A DNA stretch of 64,000 nucleotides from Candidatus Woesebacteria bacterium GW2011_GWF1_31_35 (lineage in GTDB: Bacteria; Patescibacteriota; Microgenomatia; UBA8517). Each line of letters begins with the position of its first letter. Within the stretch, counting starts at the first letter, position 1. Positions 8,720 to 18,745 of the stretch are shown one piece after another. The notes below the pieces were generated by a model. The model made no database searches. It had not been told where the DNA came from and worked only from the letters and a program-made list of their open reading frames with translations. The stretch is taken from positions 273,564-337,563 of the forward strand of contig CP011214.1 in assembly GCA_001029755.1 (NCBI GenBank). Reading direction: 5' to 3'. The position numbers were made by a program, and so were the translations under genes.

Positions 8720-9259
8720 ATGTCTATGGAAGCTGCCAATCAAGATAAAGAGGAAGAAAAGGGCACATTTAAAGAAAATAAGCCTGAAGTGGAGAAAGAT
8801 TTAGTTACTTGGACTGCTCCAGGAAGACCCTTCAAAAGAAGAGATAAACAATTTTATTTAACTACAATTTCAATTGTAGGTTTGGTAAGTTTAATTATCT
8901 TTTTAGCAGAAGGAGCAATGCCAGTAATTTTAATCATTTCATTAGTTTTTCTTTATTATGTTATGAGTACTGTTCCTCCTGAGAATATTGAATATAAAAT
9001 TACCAATAAAGGAGTTAAGGTTGCAGGCAAAAGAACAGACTGGGAAAGTTTTGGTAGATTTTGGTTTAGTAAAAGACATGATAGCGAACTTTTAATTTTT
9101 GAAACATTTCAAGTTCCAGGAAGAATGGAACTTGTGATTGATTCTAATTTTAAAGAACAAATTAAAAAAACTCTTTCAGAATACTTAACTGAAGAAGAAA
9201 TTTCTCCATCAACCCTAGATAAAGCAGTTGATTGGTTTTCTAAAAAACTACCCAACTAA
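8720..9259 (+). CDS. Hypothetical two-TM membrane protein
   Basis: 179 aa, acidic N-terminus, two TM helices. Confidence 0.3.
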   Translation: MSMEAANQDKEEEKGTFKENKPEVEKDLVTWTAPGRPFKRRDKQFYLTTISIVGLVSLIIFLAEGAMPVILIISLVFLYYVMSTVPPENIEYKITNKGVKVAGKRTDWESFGRFWFSKRHDSELLIFETFQVPGRMELVIDSNFKEQIKKTLSEYLTEEEISPSTLDKAVDWFSKKLPN

Positions 9260-9262
9260 ATT

Positions 9263-9334
9263 GTCCCCGTAGTTTAACGGATAAAATATCAGATTGCGGA
9301 TCTGAGGCTAGAGGTTCAATTCCTCTCGGGGACA
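9263..9334 (+). tRNA. tRNA-Arg (anticodon GCG)
   Basis: 72 nt. Acceptor GTCCCCG/CGGGGAC, anticodon stem TCAGA/TCTGA with loop TTGCGGA, T arm AGAGG-TTCAATT-CCTCT. Confidence 0.6.
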
Positions 9335-9370
9335 CAAGGTATAATTAATTTTTAATTAGAACTTTTTTTT

Positions 9371-9455
9371 GGAGGGTGGGCAGGACGGCAATGCGCGGGT
9401 TTCGAAAACCCGTGGGAGCAATCCCTAACAGGTTCGACTCCTGTATCCTCCGCCA
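9371..9455 (+). tRNA. tRNA-Ser (anticodon CGA), CCA encoded
   Basis: Near-identical paralog of the TGA tRNA-Ser at 7823-7904. Anticodon loop TTCGAAA, long variable arm, 3' CCA present. Confidence 0.7.
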
Positions 9456-9476
9456 ATCTGTGTTAAAATACCTTTT

Positions 9477-9914
9477 ATGAAAATTATTAATAATGAAATT
9501 TTGGTAGGTGGAGCTGTTATTTTTAAAGAAGGAAGAGGTAAAAAACATTTCTTACTTTCTAAAAATGCAGAAGGAAATTGGGAAATATTAAAAACTACAG
9601 TTAGAAGAGGTGAGTCTTCAGTTAGATCAGTTATTCGTTACACATCAGAACAAGGGAACATGGCTACAAGAGTTTTAGATGAAGTAGGAAGAGCAGTAGG
9701 AGCAGGAACAGTTAACAACAGAAGTATAACTTTTAAATATATTTATTATTTAATGCTTTTTAAAGCAGGTGCTGAAATTACTGGCATGGGTGAGATTTCT
9801 TGGTTTGATAAAGATCAAGCAATTAAAAAACTAACTTTAAAAAGAGAAAAAGATATGATTAAGACCGCAAATACAATGATTAAAGAATGGGAAAAGTTAA
9901 ACAAGAAAAAATAA
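9477..9914 (+). CDS. NUDIX-like protein (degenerate Nudix box)
   Basis: 145 aa. Position and size resemble the neighbouring NUDIX hydrolase but the GX5EX7REUXEEXGU box is not clearly conserved. Confidence 0.3.
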   Translation: MKIINNEILVGGAVIFKEGRGKKHFLLSKNAEGNWEILKTTVRRGESSVRSVIRYTSEQGNMATRVLDEVGRAVGAGTVNNRSITFKYIYYLMLFKAGAEITGMGEISWFDKDQAIKKLTLKREKDMIKTANTMIKEWEKLNKKK

Positions 9915-10336
9915 TTCGTGAGTTTTCTTCAGGGGGTGTAGTTTTTAAAAAGAATAAATGGTTAGTTACGAAATCTTCAGTTAGTGATCTTTATCCAAAA
10001 GCAGTTTGGAGGCTTCCCAAAGGTTGGATAGATGAAGGTGAAACTCTAGAGGAAACAGCAATTAGAGAAGTAAAAGAAGAAGGTGGAGTTGAAGCTAAAA
10101 TTATAGATAAAATTGAGACTATTAAGTATTTCTATAGCTCTTCAGGCAAAGGTAGGATTTTAAAATTTGTGACATTTTTCTTAATGGAATGGACAAAAGA
10201 TTTAATTGGAGGTTTTGGAGATGAAACATCAAAAACTATTTGGCTTCCTTTTGAAAAAGCATATAAACTTTTAAGTTTTTCTAGTGAGAAACAAATTCTT
10301 AAAGAAGCAAAAGAGATTTTAACCCGAGGGTTATAA
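9887..10336 (+). CDS. NUDIX hydrolase
   Basis: 149 aa. Nudix box GWIDEGETLEETAIREVKEEGGV. Confidence 0.65.
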   Translation: MGKVKQEKIIREFSSGGVVFKKNKWLVTKSSVSDLYPKAVWRLPKGWIDEGETLEETAIREVKEEGGVEAKIIDKIETIKYFYSSSGKGRILKFVTFFLMEWTKDLIGGFGDETSKTIWLPFEKAYKLLSFSSEKQILKEAKEILTRGL

Positions 10337-10389
10337 GAAAATACAAATTTGGTATTGCTTATTTATTCGGATTTAATTAGGATTAATTA

Positions 10390-10803
10390 ATGGGTATGTC
10401 TAATCGTGAGTTAACAATATTAGGTGCAGCACTGTATGCCTGTGAAGGTGCCAAAGAACGAATTGATAACAGAGGTAGAAAACAATATGCTATTGATTTT
10501 ACAAATAATGATCCTAGATTAATAAAGTGGTTTTTAAAATTTCTTAGAAATAATTTTAAAGTTGAAGAAGATCGAATTAAGGCACAACTTTTTATTTACC
10601 CTGACCATAATGAACAAAAATTAGTAAATTTTTGGGTAAAAACGACACAAATTCCAAAAATTAGGTTTAATAAGGTTATGCACTTGATTCAAAAAAGTGG
10701 ACGCTTTAAGCCAAGTATTTATGGAACAATGAAGGTGAGATATCATCATAAGGAGCACTTCTTAAAATTGAAAGGTATAATAGACAGAGTTTTCGAAATT
10801 TGA
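10390..10803 (+). CDS. Single-motif LAGLIDADG-like (I-CreI-like) endonuclease-family protein, immediately upstream of tRNA-Ser(GGA)
   Basis: 137 aa. N-terminal NRELTILGAALYACEGAKE parallels the I-CreI N-terminal motif region (EFLLYLAGFVDGDGS). Paralog of the proteins at 7964..8638 and 57920..58603. Stop codon is 4 nt before the tRNA. Confidence 0.4.
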   Translation: MGMSNRELTILGAALYACEGAKERIDNRGRKQYAIDFTNNDPRLIKWFLKFLRNNFKVEEDRIKAQLFIYPDHNEQKLVNFWVKTTQIPKIRFNKVMHLIQKSGRFKPSIYGTMKVRYHHKEHFLKLKGIIDRVFEI

Positions 10804-10807
10804 AAAT

Positions 10808-10900
<93 letters not shown>

Positions 10901-10919
10901 TAAGTTATATAATAAAAAT

Positions 10920-11222
10920 ATGAAAGGTTTTATAAATTTTATTAGAGAACAAGGTGTTGTTGGTTTAGCTGTTGGTTTTATTTTAGGTGGTGCTGTTTCT
11001 AAATTAGTTAGTGCAATTGTAACTGATTTGGTAAATCCTTTGGTTGGTTTTGCCTTAGGATCAATCGTAAATTTCAAAGATGCATATTTGAAAGTTGGTT
11101 CTGCAAAATTAATGTACGGTGATTTAATTGGCACCTTAATCGACTTTATTATTATTGCACTTGTTGTCTATTTTGGGGTAAAACTTTTAAAACTTGATAA
11201 ACTAGATAAGAAAAAAGAATAG
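10920..11222 (+). CDS. mscL: Large-conductance mechanosensitive channel MscL
   Basis: 100 aa from the in-frame ATG at 10920; the track ORF starting at 10842 runs through the tRNA. MKGFINFIREQGVVGLAVGFILGGAVSKLVSAIVTDLVNPLVG matches the MscL N-terminus and TM1. Confidence 0.75.
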   Translation: MKGFINFIREQGVVGLAVGFILGGAVSKLVSAIVTDLVNPLVGFALGSIVNFKDAYLKVGSAKLMYGDLIGTLIDFIIIALVVYFGVKLLKLDKLDKKKE

Positions 11223-11288
11223 TTATTATTTTATTCAAAAATATTAAATTCAGATTTACTTCGGTATTTATGTTAAACTACGCCTAGA

Positions 11289-13037
11289 ATGAACAACAAC
11301 CAAATAGAAGAAGTTAAAAGCAAGGTTGATATTGTTTCTTTAATTTCAGAATACATAGAACTTAAAAAAGCTGGAAGAAATTATAAAGCCAATTGTCCAT
11401 TCCACGGAGAAAAAACTCCCTCCTTTATGGTCTCTCCAGAACTTCAAATATATAAGTGTTTTGGCTGCGGTGAAAACGGTGATTGCTTCACTTTTTTAGA
11501 AAAACATGAAGGAATGGAATTTGGTGAAGCTTTAAAATATTTAGCTGATAAGGTTGGAGTTAAATTAATTTCTTTTAAATCCGATGCAGCAAGTGAAAAA
11601 GAAAAAATTATTGAAATTAATAAAAGTACTCTAAATTTCTATGAATATGTTCTATTAACTCACCCACAAGGTAAAAAAGCTTTAGAATATTTGATTAAAG
11701 ATAGAGGATTAAATCTTGAAACTATAAATAAATTTCAAATTGGGTTTTCTCCAGAAAGTTTTGATGCATTACCTAAATATTTGACTGAGAAGAAAAATTT
11801 TAAATCTATTGATTTGGAAAAAGCAGGAATAATTATTGGTGGTGGAGGAAGAGCCTTCGATAGATTTAGGGGCAGAGTAATTTTTCCTCTTTTTGATCAT
11901 AGGGGACAAGTTATTGGTTTTGCAGGAAGAATTCTACCTTGGGTAAGACAAGATATGGCTAAGTATATTAATTCTCCCGAAACTCCTGCATACCATAAAT
12001 CTAAAGTTTTATATGGCTTAAACATCACCAAGAATGAAATAAGAGATGAAAAGTATGCAATTGTTGTTGAGGGAGAACTTGACATGATTTCTTCTTACCA
12101 AGCAGGTATTAAAAATGTAATTGCTATTAAAGGTTCTGCATTAACTGAGGATCAAATTAGATTAATTGGAAGATTTGTTAAAAAGATTGTCCTTTGTCTT
12201 GACTCTGACTTTGCTGGGGACGAAGCAGCAAAAAGAGGAGCAATACTAGCTGAAAATTTGGGATTTGAAGTTAAAGTAGCACGTCTTATTGGATTTAAAG
12301 ATCCTGATGAAATTGCCCGTGCTAATCCCGAACTTTATAAAAAAGCAATTGAAGACTCAATTGGTATTTGGGATTTTTTAATAGATTTAACGTTTAAAAA
12401 ATATAATTCGGGAACTGGAGAAGGGAAGGCAAAAATAAGTGCTGAAATAATTCCTTTAATTTCTTTAATTCAAGATAATATTGTTAAGGCTCATTATATT
12501 GAAATTCTTTCAAGAAAACTTTCTGTTCCAGTTGAAGCTGTAACCGACGAAATCAATAAACAAGAAACTGACAAAACAAAAACTAAATTAGAAGATTTAA
12601 TAATTACTAAATTGCAAAAAAATAGAAAACAACTTTTAGAAGAAAGATTATTAATTAATGCGATTTCGACCAATCCAAGAGTAATCCTTAAAAAAGATAT
12701 TAAAAATTTATTTTCATCTGTTTTTCCTTTAAGAATTTTGGAAGAGCTTGAAAAATATTTTACCAATAATGACAGATTTAATTTGTCTAAGTTCACAAAC
12801 GACTTACCAAAAGAACTGGTTAGTGGTTTTTCTGAAATAGTTTTAGAAAACTCAGAAGATGAAAACATTGAAAATATTATTAAAGAATTAAGAATTGCAG
12901 ATCTAAGACATAAAATGGAGGAATTGGGTGCAAAAATTAGAGAATCCGAAGATGATAATGATTTAATTAAGCTTTCAAAATTACAAAATACATTTGCAGA
13001 TACAGCAAAAGATCTTTCTGCACTTGAGGAAGAATAA
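11289..13037 (+). CDS. dnaG: DNA primase DnaG
   Basis: 582 aa. Zinc-binding CPFHGEKTPSF...CFGCG and a TOPRIM region (VVEGELDM; LCLDSDFAGDEAAKR). Confidence 0.85.
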   Translation: MNNNQIEEVKSKVDIVSLISEYIELKKAGRNYKANCPFHGEKTPSFMVSPELQIYKCFGCGENGDCFTFLEKHEGMEFGEALKYLADKVGVKLISFKSDAASEKEKIIEINKSTLNFYEYVLLTHPQGKKALEYLIKDRGLNLETINKFQIGFSPESFDALPKYLTEKKNFKSIDLEKAGIIIGGGGRAFDRFRGRVIFPLFDHRGQVIGFAGRILPWVRQDMAKYINSPETPAYHKSKVLYGLNITKNEIRDEKYAIVVEGELDMISSYQAGIKNVIAIKGSALTEDQIRLIGRFVKKIVLCLDSDFAGDEAAKRGAILAENLGFEVKVARLIGFKDPDEIARANPELYKKAIEDSIGIWDFLIDLTFKKYNSGTGEGKAKISAEIIPLISLIQDNIVKAHYIEILSRKLSVPVEAVTDEINKQETDKTKTKLEDLIITKLQKNRKQLLEERLLINAISTNPRVILKKDIKNLFSSVFPLRILEELEKYFTNNDRFNLSKFTNDLPKELVSGFSEIVLENSEDENIENIIKELRIADLRHKMEELGAKIRESEDDNDLIKLSKLQNTFADTAKDLSALEEE

Positions 13038-13084
13038 TTTGAGCGTATAATTTGAAAAGAAGCACTAATAAAATTTAGTGCCAT

Positions 13085-14191
13085 TTGTATTTTTTAAAAA
13101 TTAAAATAAACATGATACGAAAACAGATTGTAGAAATTATTAAAAAGGCCAGAGATCAAGGATTTTTAACACAGGAAGAAATATTAGAAATTTTTCCAGA
13201 TGCTGAAAATCGTATTAATGAACTTGATGATTTGTATGATCAACTTCTTTCAGAAGGAATTGATGTTTTTGAATCAGTAACATCAGACGAAACAGATACA
13301 GTTGAAACTTCAAAGGAAAAACTTGATAAAGAAATAGAACTTCTAACAAGGCTTGAGGGTATTGAATCGACAGATCCAGTAAGACAGTATTTAAGAGAAA
13401 TAGGAAGAGTACCGCTTTTAAATGCTGAAGATGAAATTGAATATGCTAAACGATATGAGAAGGCTGATAAGAGGGCGAAAGATAAATTAACAGAGAGTAA
13501 TTTAAGATTAGTTGTTTCGATTGCCAAAAAATATATAGGCAGAGGTCTATCACTTCTTGATTTAATTCAGGAAGGAAATCAAGGACTTATTCGTGCTGTT
13601 GAAAAATATGACTGGAGAAAAGGATACAAGTTTTCAACCTATGCTACTTGGTGGATTAGGCAGGCAATAACTAGAGCAATTGCTGATCAAGCAAGAACAA
13701 TTAGAATTCCCGTCCACATGGTTGAAACTATAAATAAACTTTATAGGATTAGTAGAAGATTAATGCAAGAATTAGGCAGAGAACCTACTCCTGAGGAAAT
13801 TGGAGAAGAAGTAGAATTAGAACCAGATAGAGTCAGAGAAATATTTAAAATTGCTCAAGAAACTACTTCTCTTGAGGCTCCTGTAGGAGAAGATCAAGAA
13901 AGTATTTTGGGTGATTTTATTCCAGATGAAAGTCAACTTTCACCAGTTGATCAGGCTAGTAAACAACTTTTAAAAGATCATTTAGATGAAGTTTTAGGAA
14001 CATTAACTGAAAGAGAAGCTAAAGTTTTAAAACTTCGATTTGGTCTTGAAGGAACAAAACAAATGACACTTGAGGAAGTTGGAAAAGTTTTTGGAGTAAC
14101 CAGAGAAAGAATAAGACAAATTGAAGCCAAGGCATTAAGAAAACTTAAGCATCCAAGTCGTCGTAAAAAACTCCAAGATTATCTGGATTAA
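13085..14191 (+). CDS. rpoD: RNA polymerase sigma-70 factor RpoD/SigA
   Basis: Region 1.2/2 motifs [70 protein letters not shown], and region 4 HTH. Start may be the internal Met near 13112. Conserved dnaG-rpoD linkage. Confidence 0.9.
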   Translation: MYFLKIKINMIRKQIVEIIKKARDQGFLTQEEILEIFPDAENRINELDDLYDQLLSEGIDVFESVTSDETDTVETSKEKLDKEIELLTRLEGIESTDPVRQYLREIGRVPLLNAEDEIEYAKRYEKADKRAKDKLTESNLRLVVSIAKKYIGRGLSLLDLIQEGNQGLIRAVEKYDWRKGYKFSTYATWWIRQAITRAIADQARTIRIPVHMVETINKLYRISRRLMQELGREPTPEEIGEEVELEPDRVREIFKIAQETTSLEAPVGEDQESILGDFIPDESQLSPVDQASKQLLKDHLDEVLGTLTEREAKVLKLRFGLEGTKQMTLEEVGKVFGVTRERIRQIEAKALRKLKHPSRRKKLQDYLD

Positions 14192-14245
14192 TATCGGATA
14201 ATCTCAATATTTGACATATCCGATACGATATGTAACAATCAAAAT

Positions 14246-15175
14246 ATGATTTTAGATTTTAAAATTTTTACCAGTATTCAAGAAAAAAAGAAAAAAATAG
14301 ATGAAGTTCGGCCATTATCAAAATCTTTAGTTAATAAAATTAGAGAACAGGTTATCATTGAATGGACTTATAATTCGAATGCGATTGAAGGAACAAGGCT
14401 TTCTTTAAAAGAAACGGAACTTGTTATTGAACAAGGACTAACAATTAAAGGAATTCCCTTAAAGGATCATTTTGAAGCATTAAATCACAAAGAGGCAATT
14501 CTTTTTTTAGAAAAAACAATTAAAAAAGGGAATATAAAACTAGACAGTTTTCTTATCCGTCAAATTCATCGGCTAATTTTATATAAAATTGATCAGGAAA
14601 ATGCTGGAAAGTATAGAGATGTGCAAGTTAAGATTTCAGGTTCATCATATTTACCTCCATCAGCTTTGGAGGTGCCGATTAAAATGAGATCCTTTGACAA
14701 ATGGCTTAAAGATTCAAAAAATAAAAGGGATTTAATTGATTATTCTGCTTTAGCACATTTTAAATTAGTTAATATTCATCCTTTTATTGATGGTAATGGA
14801 AGAACTTCGCGGCTTTTGATGAATTTAATTTTAATGAATAAGGGATATCCTCCAACAATAATTTTAAAAAGTGATAGGCCAAAATATTATCAAGTTTTAG
14901 ATTTTGCACATAAAGGTAATGTAAAGCCTTTTATTGATTTCATTGGAAAAAATGTAGAAAGATCATTAACTTGGTATCTGGATGCAGTAACTCCTGAAAA
15001 GAGAAAGGAGGGTGTCGATAAATGGCAATTATTGTCACAAATTGCTCCCAAAACTCCATTTTCCCAAGAATATTTAAGTCTTTTGGCAAGAAGGGGAAGA
15101 ATTGAAGCGGTCAAAAAAAATAGAGATTGGTATTCAAATTTAAAAGCTGTTAATGAATATATTAAAAATAAATAA
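14246..15175 (+). CDS. Fic-family protein (AMPylator fold) with N-terminal inhibitory motif
   Basis: 309 aa. Fic motif HPFIDGNGRTSRLL and inhibitory-helix motif SNAIEGT. Confidence 0.8.
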   Translation: MILDFKIFTSIQEKKKKIDEVRPLSKSLVNKIREQVIIEWTYNSNAIEGTRLSLKETELVIEQGLTIKGIPLKDHFEALNHKEAILFLEKTIKKGNIKLDSFLIRQIHRLILYKIDQENAGKYRDVQVKISGSSYLPPSALEVPIKMRSFDKWLKDSKNKRDLIDYSALAHFKLVNIHPFIDGNGRTSRLLMNLILMNKGYPPTIILKSDRPKYYQVLDFAHKGNVKPFIDFIGKNVERSLTWYLDAVTPEKRKEGVDKWQLLSQIAPKTPFSQEYLSLLARRGRIEAVKKNRDWYSNLKAVNEYIKNK

Positions 15176-15184
15176 TTTAAAATA

Positions 15185-15799
15185 TTAATATCTTTGTCCT
15201 TTAGGTTTTGGAACAAATGGATGAATTTCTGAGACTTCTTTAGGCATTTGTTTATAAGTAAATAATATTTTATCAATGTAATTTCCCAGGTCTCTATAAA
15301 GATAAATATTATCTAATTCAATGTCATCTGCAGTTACAGTATTATTAAGTTCTTCATCCACTGTTTTAACTGTGGTTCTAGCATGAACTATGACAGTTCC
15401 AATTTTAAGTTGTTTCCAGAGCATGTTAGGAGAAAATGTTTTTACCTTTACCGCTTCGTCCCAACTTAAAGTTCTTACATTAGTTGCAAAAAAATTTGTT
15501 GGATCAAAACGAACAATTCTTCTATCTGTAATGTAGGAAATGTTTCTTTTTTGAAAATTATTAATAATTTTAGTGCCAATAATTAGTATAGTAATAGGTA
15601 CAATTACTCCTAAAATACGGAAAACATTTACTTCTTTAGGAATAGCACCTGCAAGATAAAAAAGTATGATAAAAGTGATGACTGTAACTAAATAAATTTT
15701 AATAAGGCCGACAATTCTTGCGATTGGATGAGGTTTTGTAACGTATAAAATTTTTTCGTTTTCTTGTTGCCCGTAAAATGATGTTTTTGTATTTATCAT
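15185..15799 (-). CDS. Membrane protein with bPH_2 (YdbT-like) domain
   Basis: 204 aa. YVTKPHP...two TM...YITDRRIVRFD pattern. Confidence 0.4.
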   Translation of the reverse strand: MINTKTSFYGQQENEKILYVTKPHPIARIVGLIKIYLVTVITFIILFYLAGAIPKEVNVFRILGVIVPITILIIGTKIINNFQKRNISYITDRRIVRFDPTNFFATNVRTLSWDEAVKVKTFSPNMLWKQLKIGTVIVHARTTVKTVDEELNNTVTADDIELDNIYLYRDLGNYIDKILFTYKQMPKEVSEIHPFVPKPKGQRY

Positions 15800-15851
15800 T
15801 TTAAATTTTTAATTGTAATTATTATTTTAACAAAGAGTTACAATAGTTGGT

Positions 15852-16403
15852 ATGGGACAATTTGTTTCAAGAGCTGGAGAAAAACTTCAGTTTGCGCTAG
15901 ATACTTTTAATTTTTCTCCAAAAGATTTAATTGTGGCTGATTTTGGAAGTTCTACTGGAGGATTTGTTGATTGTTTGCTTTTTAATGGGGCAAAAAAAGT
16001 TTATTCCGTCGATACTTCATACGGGGAACTTGCTTGGAAACTTAGAAATGATCCTAAGATTGTTGTCATGGAAAGAACTAATGCAATGCATGTTAGCTTA
16101 CCTTTAAAAGTAGACTTAATTACAATAGATACTGCCTGGACAAAACAAATATTAATTTTACCTAACGCATTTAATAATTTAAAAGAAAAAGGCATTATAA
16201 TTTCTTTAATTAAACCACATTATGAAGCTCCAAAAGAATATCTTGAAAAAGGAAGACTTAAAGATGAAAAGATAAATGAAGTATTAGAAAAAGTTAAAAA
16301 TGACATTATTGCAATTGGTGGAAATTTAATAAATTTAATAGAGTCTCCAATTGTAGGGGAGAAGGGAAAAAATAAAGAATTTTTAGCATTAATTTCAAAT
16401 TGA
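15852..16403 (+). CDS. TlyA-like FtsJ-family RNA 2'-O-methyltransferase (no S4 domain)
   Basis: 183 aa. SRAGEKLQFALDTF...ADFGSSTGGFVDCLL...KKVYSVDTSYGEL resembles the TlyA methyltransferase core. Confidence 0.55.
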   Translation: MGQFVSRAGEKLQFALDTFNFSPKDLIVADFGSSTGGFVDCLLFNGAKKVYSVDTSYGELAWKLRNDPKIVVMERTNAMHVSLPLKVDLITIDTAWTKQILILPNAFNNLKEKGIIISLIKPHYEAPKEYLEKGRLKDEKINEVLEKVKNDIIAIGGNLINLIESPIVGEKGKNKEFLALISN

Positions 16404-16404
16404 T

Positions 16405-17151
16405 TTGGAGAAATTAACTGGTATAATTTTTTTTAAACTAGTGAAAAAAATAAAAAGAGCAATTTTAAAACTAAGTGGAGAATTATTTAGTGAAAAGAGT
16501 AACCATATTAGTTTTCTTCAATATGACTTAGTTGCTAGAAAATTAATTAAAATCCAAAAAGAAACAAAAATAGAGCTAGCTGTTGTTGTTGGTGGGGGGA
16601 ATATCTTCAGGGGTAGAGAGGCAAATAATAGGGTTGACCATAATGAAGCTGATTCTATGGGGATGCTAGCAACTGTTATTAACGGTATAGGTCTAAAAGA
16701 AGCACTGGTAAGAAATGGAGCATCTGATACTAGATTAATGACTTCAATTAGTATTCCCCAAATGGCGGAGCTTTATATTAGAAATAAAGGCAGACATCAT
16801 TTAGCACATAGTAGATTAGTTATTATTGCAGGAGGATTGGGAATTCCAAATTTTTCAACAGATTCAGCTGTTGCTCAATTTGCAGATGAATTACGTTGCG
16901 AAATGATTTTTAAAGCAAGTACTGTTGATGGAGTATATGATTCTGATCCGAAGGAAAATAAAAGAGCTAAAAAATATTCTAATTTAACCTATCAACAAGC
17001 CTTAGATCAAAGACTTAAAGTAATTGATGCAACTGCCTTTACAATGTCGGAAAAATCAGGGATTCCAATATTTGTATTTAATATTAAAAAACTTCATAGA
17101 TTACCAGACATTATTAAAGGGGATTTATCTTTTGGAACTTTAATTAATTAA
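16405..17151 (+). CDS. pyrH: UMP kinase PyrH
   Basis: ILKLSGELF, VVVGGGNIFRG and DSMGMLATVINGIGL motifs. Confidence 0.8.
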   Translation: MEKLTGIIFFKLVKKIKRAILKLSGELFSEKSNHISFLQYDLVARKLIKIQKETKIELAVVVGGGNIFRGREANNRVDHNEADSMGMLATVINGIGLKEALVRNGASDTRLMTSISIPQMAELYIRNKGRHHLAHSRLVIIAGGLGIPNFSTDSAVAQFADELRCEMIFKASTVDGVYDSDPKENKRAKKYSNLTYQQALDQRLKVIDATAFTMSEKSGIPIFVFNIKKLHRLPDIIKGDLSFGTLIN

Positions 17152-17171
17152 ATTATTAATAATTTAAATTT

Positions 17172-18668
17172 TTATATTACAAGTAATCCAATAAAACCAA
17201 CAATAATTAGATAAATTAAACAGGGTATTATTACCGCCTTTAGTACAAATCTAGTTTTATTATGTAATCCAACAACTGCTTCTGCAGTAATGATATCAGC
17301 AAGAGCAATCATGTTTCCTGCTGCTGCACCAACTAAGCCCAGAGCAAGTATTTTTGCAGTATCAAAATTCATAACATGACTTGCAGTATTTAGAAAATTT
17401 CCAAACATAATGTTTGATACTGTTGCACTACCTGTTAAAAAGCTTCCAAATGCACCAACGAAAGGAGCTAAGAAAGGAAGGAATGAAACCTCAAATCCTT
17501 TAGCTATCATACTAAGTAAAGAAAGTTTTCCTGATAAATTAAATCCCGAATTAATAATTAATTGTGCAGCTACTGACATTAAAGCAATTACTATAAATGG
17601 CTCCAAACCTCTTCTAAATGCAATTTTCAAACTATTTGTTGTTAATTTTTTTCTACCCCAAAATAAAGAAACTGGTAGCCCTGCGAAAAGAAAGGCAAGA
17701 CCTGGATTAAAAAGATTTAAATTGTATATTAAACCCCAAGGAAAGTTAATTTTAATTTGTCCTAGACTAAATTTACCAACTATTAAAAGTAGAATTAACA
17801 GAAAATATGGAAGAACTATTTTATAGAAAGGAAGTTTCACTTCAGGAGCATTTGTGTCCTGCAAAGTTCTTATCTGTTTAGGTATAAAGATTTTTAAACG
17901 AATTGTAATTAACACTAACCCTAAACCAACTAAAGATCCAATTATTGATGGAAATTCTTGACCTAAGGGAACAATAAGTAAAGAGGGTACAACAAAAGCG
18001 ATACCTGACCAAATAGCAAAAGGTAAAGCCTCCCAAAAACTTCTTTTTCTATCATTTTGTTGGGAAGTAATAAACATAAGCATAAAGACAGGAACTAAAA
18101 ATCCGACTAAATTAAAAAGTGCTGCAAAATGTGGTACACCAGTAATATTAAGTCCTTCAAATCCTACTCTTATTGGTGTTCCTGCCGCGCCAAAGGCAAC
18201 AGATGTAGAGTTTCCAAGTAAAGATAATATTACAGCTGTTAGAGGTGAAGTTCCAAGACTAACCAGAAGGGGGGCGACAATTGTTGATGGTGTACCAAAT
18301 CCGGCTGTCCCTTCAATAAAATTTTCTAAAAACCAAGCAAGAAGTATTACTTGTACACGGTAATCTTTCAAAAAAGTTTCCATAAAAAAGCGGACGTTAT
18401 CAATTATTTTAATATCCTTTAAAACTTCTAAGAAAAATATTGCTCCTAATATAATTACAAATATATCTAAGGAAACGAGTGTTCCTTTTATGATTGAATT
18501 TATTAAATAAATAGGGATCATCTGCCAATAAAAAATTTGCAAGATCAAAATTACTAAAAACATAGTTAGTGTTGACCAGAGAAGTGGAACTTTTTTCCAA
18601 AGAAGAAGAAAAAGAAACAGTAAAAAGGGTAGTATTGATAGAAATGAAATAAAATTAAACTCCATCAC
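17172..18668 (-). CDS. Polytopic permease, L-lactate permease (LctP) family-like
   Basis: 498 aa, 12 or more TM helices. IEGTAGFGTPSTIVAPLLVSLG...VAFGAAGTPI resembles conserved LctP segments. Confidence 0.4.
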   Translation of the reverse strand: MMEFNFISFLSILPFLLFLFLLLWKKVPLLWSTLTMFLVILILQIFYWQMIPIYLINSIIKGTLVSLDIFVIILGAIFFLEVLKDIKIIDNVRFFMETFLKDYRVQVILLAWFLENFIEGTAGFGTPSTIVAPLLVSLGTSPLTAVILSLLGNSTSVAFGAAGTPIRVGFEGLNITGVPHFAALFNLVGFLVPVFMLMFITSQQNDRKRSFWEALPFAIWSGIAFVVPSLLIVPLGQEFPSIIGSLVGLGLVLITIRLKIFIPKQIRTLQDTNAPEVKLPFYKIVLPYFLLILLLIVGKFSLGQIKINFPWGLIYNLNLFNPGLAFLFAGLPVSLFWGRKKLTTNSLKIAFRRGLEPFIVIALMSVAAQLIINSGFNLSGKLSLLSMIAKGFEVSFLPFLAPFVGAFGSFLTGSATVSNIMFGNFLNTASHVMNFDTAKILALGLVGAAAGNMIALADIITAEAVVGLHNKTRFVLKAVIIPCLIYLIIVGFIGLLVI

Positions 18669-18745
18669 AAATAATTATATTATATTTATCTCTTTTTAGA
18701 ATAAAATCTTTTGTTAAAATTAAAAACTTGAGTAAGATTTTAAAG

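Noticed and set aside
9345-9548. 67-aa minus-strand ORF spanning tRNA-Ser(CGA)
   Set aside because: It overlaps a confidently structured tRNA and has no coding signal, so it is spurious.
12494-13084. 196-aa ORF antisense to dnaG, plus many similar antisense or overlapping ORFs in the track (2518..2817, 5151..5420, 5864..6046, 11897..12085, 13240..13527, 16001..16195, 17410..17826, 31374..31715, 32466..32930, 33924..34331, 38682..39053, 39352..39657, 40166..40429, 40568..40804, 40900..41271, 43525..43977, 45588..45860, 46932..47159, 48652..48994, 49109..49351, 49727..50101, 50997..51197, 55204..55413, 60244..60489, 61722..61931, 62091..62474 and others)
   Set aside because: They lie wholly inside well-supported genes on the opposite strand or in another frame. 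They are low-complexity (Ser/Leu/Ile-rich) and lack recognisable motifs, as expected for chance ORFs in AT-rich DNA.
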